Below are positions 53,914 to 64,000 of a DNA stretch of 64,000 nucleotides, piece by piece. The DNA is from Octopus vulgaris. Taxonomy: Eukaryota. The first letter of the stretch is position 1; each line of letters opens with the position of its first letter. The stretch is from the NCBI GenBank assembly GCA_951406725.2, contig OX597827.1, positions 60,636,001 to 60,700,000 of the forward strand, given 5' to 3'. A program made the position numbers and the translations under genes. The notes under the pieces are model-generated. The model searched no databases, was not told the DNA's origin, and saw only the letters and a program-made list of their open reading frames with translations.

Positions 53914-53917
<4 letters not shown>
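53681..53917 (-). mobile_element. PLE-like fold-back relic with degenerate HHR
   Basis: 67-bp inverted arms 53752-53818 / 53851-53917, (TA)n on both sides; minus strand AGATAA-CCAAAGA-GATG...CATC-C-GAAA-CACAGAG-TT-TTATCT. Confidence 0.65.
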
Positions 53918-53950
<33 letters not shown>

Positions 53951-53955
<5 letters not shown>

Positions 53956-56900
53956 GATAAGAGTAAATAATTATTTACTGGTAGAATTCGGTATGTATGA
54001 AATATATTTCAAAAATATATGGAATATATATTCAATATGTTTATAATCCAGAAACATGATGTTCACAGATAACCGCCAGACTTCGTATTCGTTATCTATT
54101 CCTTCTGTTTTGCATATGTGAATTACAGGGTCTGTCATGCCCGGAGTCCAACTTTGATAGAAATAAGCATTCTTGACTGCTATTTCTATTTTTTCGGTAT
54201 GCGGTCAAGCAACCTGTTTTGCCTGTCCCTTTTTCTTATATACAATATATATACTGAACTTTACAGAAGTTCCTGCCGGTAATCGGCTATATTTACATAC
54301 CGAATTCTACCAGTAAATAATTGGGGTTTTTTTAAAAGCCTTTATAGAAATTATTTACTCTTATCATTATATTACTATTTGGATTTTTCACTCCCTTTGA
54401 CAACCTAACTGTAATGCGCATGGCAAAATTTTGGAGGGAAGATTTATGAATTCAAACGTCTATGTAGGTTTAGCCTCTGCTCACTTTCTTCAAATATTTT
54501 GATGTCGCATGGTCAGAAGGTTTGAGGTACGTAGCATTTGATAAATCTATGATAAATCTTTTTCAATGGAAAGCTGTGCTGAAGAAGGATGTGAAATATA
54601 TATGCAATATATATGAAATATATTTCAAAAATATATGGAATATATATTCAATATGTTTATAATCCAGAAACATGATGTTCACAGATAACCACCAGACTTC
54701 GTATTCGTTATCTATTCCTTCTGTTTTGCATATGTGAATTACAGGGTCTGTCATGCCCGGAGTCCAACTTTGATAGAAATAAGCATTCTTGACTGCTATT
54801 TCTATTTTTTCGGTATGCGGTCAAGCAACCTGTTTTGCCTGTCCCTTTTTCTTATATACAATATATATACTGAACTTTACAGAAGTTCCTGCCGGTAATC
54901 GGCTATATTTACATACCGAATTCTACCAGTAAATAATTGGGGTTTTTTTAAAAGCCTTTATAGAAATTATTTACTCTTATCATTATATTACTATTTGGAT
55001 TTTTCACTCCCTTTGACAACCTAACTGTAATGCGCATGGCAAAATTTTGGAGGGAAGATTTATGAATTCAAACGTCTATGTAGGTTTAACCTCTGCTCAC
55101 TTTCTTCAAATATTTTGATGTCGCATGGTCAGAAGGTTTGAGGTACGTAGCATTTGATAAATCTATGATAAATCTTTTTCAATGGAAAGCTGTGCTGAAG
55201 AAGGATGTGAAATATATATGCAATATATATGAAATATATTTCAAAAATATATGGAATATATATTCAATATGTTTATAATCCAGAAACATGATGTTCACAG
55301 ATAACCGCCAGACTTCGTATTCGTTATCTATTCCTTCTGTTTTGCATATGTGAATTACAGGGTCTGTCATGCCCGAGTCCAACTTTGATAGAAATAAGCA
55401 TCCTTGACTGCTATTTCTATTTTTTCGGTATGCGGTCAAGCAACCTGTTTCGCCTGTCCCTTTTTCTTATATACAATATATATACTGAACTTTACAGAAG
55501 TTCCTGCCGGTAATCGGCTGTATTTACATACCGAATTCTACCAGTAAATAATTGGGGTTTTTTTAAAAGCCTTTATAGAAATTATTTACTCTTATCATTA
55601 TATTACTATTTGGATTTTTCACTCCCTTTCACAACCTAACTGTAATGCGCATGGCAAAATTTTGGAGGGAAGATTTATGAATTCAAACGTCTATGTAGGT
55701 TTAGCCTCTGCTCACTTTCTTCAAATATTTTGATGTCGCATGGTCAGAAGGTTTGAGGTACGTAGCATTTGATAAATCTATGATAAATCTTTTTCAATGG
55801 AAAGCTGTGCTGAAGAAGGATGTGAAATATATATGAAATATATTTCAAAAATATATGGAATATATATTCAATATGTTTATAATCCAGAAACATGATGTTC
55901 ACAGATAACCGCCAGACTTCGTATTCGTTATCTATTCCTTCTGTTTTGCATATGTGAATTACAGGGTCTGTCATGTCCGGAGTCCAACTTTGATAGAAAT
56001 AAGCATTCTTGACTGCTATTTCTATTTTTTCGGTATGCGGTCAAGCAACCTGTTTTGCCTGTCCCTTTTTCTTATATACAATATATATACTGAACTTTAC
56101 AGAAGTTCCTGCCGGTAATCGGCTATATTTACATACCGAATTCTACCAGTAAATAATTGGGGTTTTTTAAAAGCCTTTATAGAAATTATTTACTCTTATC
56201 ATTATATTACTATTTGGATTTTTCACTCCCTTTGACAACCTAACTGTAATGCGCATGGCAAAATTTTGGAGGGAAGATTTATGAATTCAAACGTCTATGT
56301 AGGTTTAACCTCTGCTCACTTTCTTCAAATATTTTGATGTCGCATGGTCAGAAGGTTTGAGGTACGTAGCATTTGATAAATCTATGATAAATCTTTTTCA
56401 ATGGAAAGCTGTGCTGAAGAAGGATGTGAAATATATATGCAATATATATGAAATATATTTCAAAAATATATGGAATATATATTCAATATGTTTATAATCC
56501 AGAAACATGATGTTCACAGATAACCGCCAGACTTCGTATTCGTTATCTATTCCTTCTGTTTTGCATATGTGAATTACAGGGTCTGTCATGCCCGGAGTCC
56601 AACTTTGATAGAAATAAGCATCCTTGACTGCTATTTCTATTTTTTCGGTATGCGGTCAAGCAACCTGTTTCGCCTGTCCCTTTTTCTTATATACAATATA
56701 TATACTGAACTTTACAGAAGTTCCTGCCGGTAATCGGCTGTATTTACATACCGAATTCTACCAGTAAATAATTGGGGTTTTTTTAAAAGCCTTTATAGAA
56801 ATTATTTACTCTTATCATTATATTACTATTTGGATTTTTCACTCCTTTCACAACCTAACTGTAATGCGCATGGCAAAATTTTGGAGGGAAGATTTATGAA

Positions 56901-58650
56901 TTCAAACGTCTATGTAGGTTTAGCCTCTGCTCACTTTCTTCAAATATTTTGATGTCGCATGGTCAGAAGGTTTGAGGTACGTAGCATTTGATAAATCTAT
57001 GATAAATCTTTTTCAATGGAAAGCTGTGCTGAAGAAGGATGTGAAATATATATGAAATATATTTCAAAAATATATGGAATATATATTCAATATGTTTATA
57101 ATCCAGAAACATGATGTTCACAGATAACCGCCAGACTTCGTATTCGTTATCTATTCCTTCTGTTTTGCATATGTGAATTACAGGGTCTGTCATGTCCGGA
57201 GTCCAACTTTGATAGAAATAAGCATTCTTGACTGCTATTTCTATTTTTTCGGTATGCGGTCAAGCAACCTGTTTTGCCTGTCCCTTTTTCTTATATACAA
57301 TATATATACTGAACTTTACAGAAGTTCCTGCCGGTAATCGGCTATATTTACATACCGAATTCTACCAGTAAATAATTGGGGTTTTTTTAAAAGCCTTTAT
57401 AGAAATTATTTACTCTTATCATTATATTACTATTTGGATTTTCACTCCCTTTGACAACCTAACTGTAATGCGCATGGCAAAATTTTGGAGGGAAGATTTA
57501 TGAATTCAAACGTCTATGTAGGTTTAGCCTCTGCTCACTTTCTTCAAATATTTTGATGTCGCATGGTCAGAAGGTTTGAGGTACGTAGCATTTGATAAAT
57601 CTATGATAAATCTTTTTCAATGGAAAGCTGTGCTGAAGAAGGATGTGAAATATATATGCAATATATATGAAATATATTTCAAAAATATATGGAATATATA
57701 TTCAATATGTTTATAATCCAGAAACATGATGTTCACAGATAACCGCCAGACTTCGTATTCGTTATCTATTCCTTCTGTTTTGCATATGTGAATTACAGGG
57801 TCTGTCATGCCCGGAGTCCAACTTTGATAGAAATAAGCATTCTTGACTGCTATTTCTATTTTTTCGGTATGCGGTCAAGCAACCTGTTTTGCCTGTCCCT
57901 TTTTCTTATATACAATATATATACTGAACTTTACAGAAGTTCCTGCCGGTAATCGGCTATATTTACATACCGAATTCTACCAGTAAATAATTGGGGTTTT
58001 TTTAAAAGCCTTTATAGAAATTATTTACTCTTATCATTATATTACTATTTGGATTTTTCACTCCCTTTGACAACCTAACTGTAATGCGCATGGCAAAATT
58101 TTGGAGGGAAGATTTATGAATTCAAACGTCTATGTAGGTTTAGCCTCTGCTCACTTTCTTCAAATATTTTGATGTCGCATGGTCAGAAGGTTTGAGGTAC
58201 GTAGCATTTGATAAATCTATGATAAATCTTTTTCAATGGAAAGCTGTGCTGAAGAAGGATGTGAAATATATATGCAATATATATGAAATATATTTCAAAA
58301 ATATATGGAATATATATTCAATATGTTTATAATCCAGAAACATGATGTTCACAGATAACCGCCAGACTTCGTATTCGTTATCTATTCCTTCTGTTTTGCA
58401 TATGTGAATTACAGGGTCTGTCATGCCCGGAGTCCAACTTTGATAGAAATAAGCATTCTTGACTGCTATTTCTATTTTTCGGTATGCGGTCAAGCAACCT
58501 GTTTTGCCTGTCCCTTTTTCTTATATACAATATATATACTGAACTTTACAGAAGTTCCTGCCGGTAATCGGCTATATTTACATACCGAATTCTACCAGTA
58601 AATAATTGGGGTTTTTTTAAAAGCCTTTATAGAAATTATTTACTCTTATC

Positions 58651-58655
<5 letters not shown>
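53951..58655 (+). repeat. Tandem array of ~7.6 units of 604-616 bp, one HHR motif per unit (retrozyme/PLE-pLTR-like)
   Basis: Unit starts 53997, 54613, 55229, 55833, 56448, 57052, 57667, 58283; near-identical units; (TA)n on both sides; 53951-53997 is an inverted copy of the array's 3' end. Confidence 0.93.
54574..54684 (+). ncRNA. Type I hammerhead ribozyme motif, first of 7 complete copies (others start 55190, 55805, 56409, 57024, 57628, 58244)
   Basis: Stem I CTGTG/CACAG; core CTGAAGA; A.A then GGAT/ATCC stem II with long AU-rich arm; GAAA; stem III ACAT-G-ATGT; GTT triplet, predicted cut after 54679. Confidence 0.7.
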
Positions 58656-58699
<44 letters not shown>

Positions 58700-59120
58700 T
58701 TATATGAAATATTAAATTTTAGTTCATGGACCTCCAGTACTACCTTTGCAGACCACCTAGGGTCTGGGGGCCCCTGGTTGGAAACCGCTGGTATATAATT
58801 TCAGGTTGGTTTTAGATGTTCTAAATATTTTGTTCACTGAAGTGAACGGTATATAAATTCTATTCTATCCACACTGCATAAAACCTGTTATATAGACTGC
58901 AATAATCAATAAAACAGAATTAATATTTTAAAATTTATTCTTTCTGTGCAGCTCAGTGCCAAATGATCCATGGGCCAGCACTAGTCAGCAGCCCAATGGT
59001 TATGGAATCCCGGTCTAAGGAACACTGTGTCTAGGACAAAAGAACAGAGCACACTGGAATGCTTTTGATGATGAGCTTGCTCAGTCAGGGCTAACTTGGA
59101 GCTTTGCAGTTGGTCTAGAT

Positions 59121-59418
59121 CAGTGGTTCTTATCCAGGGTCCAAATTGCCCCTGGAAGTCCATGTAAAACTTTTGGGGGTCTATGCAAGTGAAATTGTTA
59201 ATTGGGGAGCAACATGTTACTTTGGATGTATTTATTGCAAAAAACTGGTTTCTCAGACGTTTTACATAGTTCAACCTACACAAGTCAATGCATGAAAAAC
59301 AAAATAGAAAGAAGCTTCTATTAAGCTAGTTTTTAAACAATGAATAGCTATGGGGGTCCACCAGAATAAATTAGTAACCAAAGGTTGTTCATAGGCAAGA
59401 AATGTTTGAGAACTACTT
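59121..59418. mobile_element. hAT (Charlie/Buster-like) MITE
   Basis: CAGTGGTTCTTA...TGAGAACTACTT ends; TSD GTCTAGAT at 59113-59120 and 59419-59426. Confidence 0.8.
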
Positions 59419-59580
59419 GTCTAGATTATCAAGGAGCTAAGTTTTTAGACATGGATACAACTCAATTCAAGATACACCCTGTTAGTTTCTTGATTATGCC
59501 ATTCACTGCATCTACACATAGTTCCTTCAAGACATAGAAGCAATGAAACAAAAGAATAAAATATAAATATCCATTATTAC

Positions 59581-59707
59581 TGGACGTTTTGCAGGTGGTT
59601 TCTCTTGGACAACTGTGATATCAGCATCTTTTTCCTTTGGGACACCTCTTTGCGGAGCTCCAGGCACAGTGCTATCAGGTACACCTTTCTTGGGAGTCAC
59701 TTGTTCC
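59581..59707 (-). CDS. REC8: REC8-like exon (EQVTPKKGVPDSTVPGAPQRGVPKEKDADITVVQEKPPAKRP); upstream exons not found in window
   Basis: 127 nt, TTTCAG acceptor, GTAATA donor, phase 2/0, joins the 53163 exon in frame. Confidence 0.72.
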
Positions 59708-61278
59708 CTGAAATAAAACAAGAAAAACATTCTTGACCTGATACCACAATACACAGTTTCCATAATAATATTCTAACACAAAGACACAAATTTCGGTTGT
59801 GGATGCGAACAGGTACAGCTGAGTAACCCCAAAAGGATAAAACGCTAAGTCAACTTCCACAGAATTTGAACTCACAATGAATTATGATACCCCACCACTG
59901 CCGTCTTTATCTTCTTCCCATCTACCCCCCACCCACCCTTATATAATGCCATGTATCTCCTCCTCTATGACAAGACATCTGTGCTGGCTTCTCTATCATA
60001 CTTTAGCTTCTCGAATCCTGCATTTAGCCTCCACCCTCCCTTTTGAAATAATCCTTCCCTCATTTGGTTGAAGGGGCCTTTTTCGTGTTCTTTTTCTTTC
60101 TTACAAGTTGCTTCGCAAACCTCACTAGTAGTGGTGGTGTGGAAAAAGTACCAAGTAAACATTGTTAAGTGATTGGCCCTCAGCTGCAGAAACTATGCCA
60201 AAGCTGACATTGGAGCATGGAGCAGCTCTACATTTTGCCAAATCCTGTTGAACCATCCAACACATGCAAGCTTGGAAAACAGACATTAGATGATGATGAT
60301 GATGATGATGATTGATGATGATTGATGATGATGATTGATGATGATGATGAATGATGATGATGATTGATGATGATTGATAATGATGATGATGATGATGATG
60401 ATGAATGTAAGGAGATGCAACTAAATACTATAAGGCAATTTTGTCCAGTGTTCCACTGCTTATAACATTAAAAAAAAAGAGAATATAACATTTTTAATTC
60501 ATTGGCAAGAAATGTTTGAGAACTACTTGTCTAGATTATCGTGGAGCTAAGTTTTTAGGCATGGATACAACTCAATTCAAGATACACACAGTTTCTTGAT
60601 TGTGGCTGTGTGGTAAGTAGCTTGCTTACCAACCACAAGGTTCTGGGTTCAGTCCCACTGTGTGGTACATTGGGCAAGTGTCTTCTACTATTGCCTCGGG
60701 CTGACAAAAGCCTTGTGAGTGGATTTGGTAGACGGAAACTGAAAGAAGCCCATCGTATATATATATGTGTGTATGTGTGTGTCTGTGCTTGTCTCCCCAA
60801 CATCGCTTCACACCCAATGCTGGTGTGTTTACGTCCCCGTTACTTAGCGGTTCGGCAAAAAGAGACAGACAGAATAAGTACTAGGCTTACAAAGAATAAC
60901 TCCTTGGGTCGATTTGCTTGACTAAAGGTAGTGCTCCAGCATGGTCACAGTCAAATGACTGAAACAAGTAAAAGAATAAAAGAGTAAAAGAATTTAACTC
61001 TTTAGCATTCACATTTCTCTGTCAAAAGTAATGCTTATTTATTCACAATGTTTTGAATTAATCATGTATTATCCTGTAACTCTGAGATTTCAATGATGTG
61101 ATTGTATATTTTTAAAATAACATTGTAGGATAGGTGTGAGAAGCTAAATCTGGCCAGTTTGATCATAAAACACGTAGACTATCTGGGATGTGGCCAGTTA
61201 AAATGATAAAGAGTTAAACATGTAAAGTGTGAAATTCATAGTTACTGTCTTTTCCAAAAGGTTGCCCCAGGCAACTCC

Positions 61279-61682
61279 TATTTCTTCACTGCCCACAAGG
61301 GGCTAAACAAGGACAGACACACGGATTAAGTCGATTATATCAACCCAAGTGCATAACTGGTACTTATTTAATCGACCCCGAAAGGATTAAAGATAAAGTC
61401 GACCTCGGCGGAATTGGAAATCAGAACGTAACGGCAGACGAAATACCTATTTCTTTACTACCCATAAGGGGACAAACACAGAGGGGACAAACAAGGTCAG
61501 ACACATGGATTAATTCGATTATATCGACCCCAGTGCGTAACTGGTACTTAATTTATCAACCCCGAAAGGATGAAAGGCAAAGTCGACCTCGGCGGAATTT
61601 GAACTCAGAACGTAACGGCAGACGAAATACTGCTTAGCATTTCGCCTGGCGTGCTAACGTTTCTGCTAGCTTGCCGCCAGCA
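61279..61682 (-). mobile_element. SINE family A dimer with 18-bp TSD
   Basis: TSD GTTGCCCCAGGCAACTCC at 61261-61278 and 61683-61700; internal GAAATA|GGTATTTC junction. Confidence 0.88.
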
Positions 61683-62850
61683 GTTGCCCCAGGCAACTCC
61701 ATATCCAATAAGGGAGCCTCATGAGCTAATGAGGGAGTTTCCCTAATAAACAAGGGAACCTCACCTTAGTCACTAGATTTTCTATTAATAGTAGCTAAAT
61801 CTCTCTCAGATCACACAATGCTATTATAGCAAGACTCAAAACTGAGTCAACAGATTGTGAAGTTTAAGTCACAACACAGCACAACCTTGTTCGCACAAGA
61901 GGTCAAGTTATTGACCAATCAGCAGCCAAGCTTCACATGATAGGTTCTTCTAGATCCTTCTGGAATGTCTTGGTACAAGGGTTATTTAACCCTTTAGTGT
62001 TCAGATTAATCTGTTAAATGTAATACTTTTTTCACTCAAATTATTTTCAATTAATCATACATTATCTTATAGCTTTGAAATTTCAATGGTGTGATAGTTT
62101 AATCTTAGAATGTCAATGTAGGTTAGGTGTGAGGGGCTAGATATGGCCAGTTTGAACATAAAACATGTAGGATATTTGGGCCGGATATGGCCGGCTTAAA
62201 CATAAAAGGGTTAAAGGTTTGTTCTAGTGCTAACTTTCAGTGTATGATAACCTACAGTCCAGCTACACACACTCTCTTTCCATTATAATAGTCATTATAA
62301 ATAATCCTGCTTGCATTGGATATATCAACATAATTAACCGATATAAATCTACTGTGAATATTTTTTCTCCTGTCATAACAAACTTCAGTACAGAGCTTTT
62401 GTAATCAACTATTTATAAATGCTACTGAATTATTCCTTCAATGGTGCTGAGTTGTTCTTTTATCTTCTGTCATTTTTTTTACTTGTTTAAGTCATTAGAC
62501 AGCAGCCATACTGCAGCATCACCACCTCAAATAATTTTTTAGTCAAACGAATCAACACCAGTACTTTATATTTGTTAAGACGGCTATTTATTCTATCAGT
62601 CTCTTTTTTGTCAAACCACCAAGTTATGGGGACATAATCACAGCAACACAGATTGTCAAGCAGTAGTGGTGGACAAACACAGACACATATATCATCATCA
62701 TCATCATCATCATTTCCTATCCATTTTCTATGCTGGTATGAGTTAGGGTGTTTGACTGGAACTGGTAAGCCAGAGAGCTGCACCAGGCTCCAGTCAGTTC
62801 TGGCTTGGTTTCTACAGATGGCCATATATATATATATATATATATATATA

Positions 62851-63147
62851 AATTAGAAAAACCCCACCTTTTATCAATTCAATAATGAAAAATTAAATGA
62901 CACCATCTAGAAAATTACATATTATAGAAAAATTAAATATAAGATAAAAAATATACTGATGATTAAGTAATGTGCAAAATAATAAATAAAATGTATATAT
63001 TTGGTAGAATAACGACACATGTTTCATGGCTATATTTAAGAAATGATTATAGTAAAAATATTAGTAATAGTAGTAAATCACTTCAATATAAATATAGCCA
63101 CTCAGGTTAAAGATAACTACAATAATAAAATAATTAAAACAACATGA
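62851..63147 (-). mobile_element. PLE-like relic ending in (TA)n, with core-deleted HHR at 63010-63109
   Basis: Minus strand TAAC-CTGA-GTGGCTATATTT...AAATATAGCCAT-GAAA-CATGTG-TC-GTTA. Confidence 0.6.
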
Positions 63148-64000
63148 AAGGATGTTATTAGGGATGTTATTAGGATATTATTAGGAATGACATGTTATTA
63201 GGATATTATTAGGAATGACATGTTATTAGGAATGGGCATGTTATAAGGATGTTATTAGGAATGACATGTTATTAGGAATGGCATGTTATAAGGATGTTAT
63301 TAGGATATTATTAGGAATGACATGTTATTAAGATGTTATTAGGAATGGAATGTTATAAGGATGTTATTAGGAATGGAATGTTATAAGGATGTTATTAGGA
63401 ATGACATGTTATTAAGATGTTATTAGGAATGGAATGTTATAAGGATGTTATTAGGAATGGAATGTTATAAGGATGTTATTAGGAATGACATGTTATTAGG
63501 AATGGAATGTTATAAGGATGTTATTAGGAATGATATGTTATTAGGATGTTATTAGGAATGGAATGTTATAAGGATGTTATTAGGAATGGAATGTTATAAG
63601 GATGTTATTAGGAATGACATGTTATAAGGATGTTATTAGGAATGACATGTTATTAAGATGTTATTAGGAATGGCATGTTATAAGGATGTTATTAGGAATG
63701 ACATGTTATTAGGAATGGAATGTTATAAGGATGTTATTAGGAATGGCATGTTATAAGGATGTTATTAGGAATGACATGTTATTAGGATGTTATTAGGAAT
63801 GGCATGTTATAAGGATGTTATTAGGAATGACATGTTATTAGGAATGGAATGTTATAAGGATGTTATTAGGAATGGCATGTTATAAGGATGTTATTAGGAA
63901 TGACATGTTATTAGGATGTTATTAGGAATGGAATGTTATAAGGATGTTATTAGGAATGACATGTTATTAGGAATGGAATGTTATAAGGATGTTATTAGGA
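63148..64000. repeat. Variant-unit minisatellite (11-mer GGATGTTATTA and 17-mers GGAATG(AC/GA/GC)ATGTTAT(T/A)A), runs off the window
   Basis: Direct reading. Confidence 0.95.

Larger units (their letters stand above)
53212..58790. mobile_element. hAT MITE expanded to ~5.6 kb by nested insertions
   Basis: Left TIR TAGGTGGTTCCCAACC, right TIR GGTTGGAAACCGCTG; identical 8-bp TSD GTATATAA at 53204-53211 and 58791-58798. Confidence 0.75.

Noticed and set aside
54563-58493. Repeated 63-86 aa minus-strand ORF MTDPVIHICK...
   Set aside because: By-product of the tandem unit; frame changes with unit indels and no recognisable domain.

Overview
AT-rich, repeat-dense animal genomic DNA. The tRNA-derived SINEs, RTE LINE tails and long (TA)n/(CA)n tracts resemble an octopod cephalopod (inference). 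Two spliced minus-strand genes can be rebuilt by hand. One is a complete GLOD5 (glyoxalase domain-containing 5; 4 coding exons, 159 aa, 8117->1681). The other is the 3' nine exons (~348 aa, 59707->42248) of a REC8/RAD21-family kleisin whose N-terminus probably lies beyond the window. The rest is SINEs, LINE fragments (RTE, BovB-like, Hero-like), DNA transposon relics and MITEs (mariner, Tc1-like, pogo, hAT, piggyBac-like, Merlin-like, Helentron-like, MULE FLYWCH) and microsatellites. The most unusual signal is a set of hammerhead-ribozyme (HHR) motifs in (TA)n-associated, Penelope-like non-coding elements. A ~7.6-copy array of ~615-bp units has one HHR per unit (retrozyme-like), an inverted end cap, and sits inside an 8-bp-TSD hAT MITE in a REC8 intron. 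There is also a fully paired HHR at 396-473 and several core-mutated relics. One SINE family repeatedly occurs as fixed-junction dimers to tetramers enclosed by a single TSD. All structures were read by eye; no database search or folding was run.
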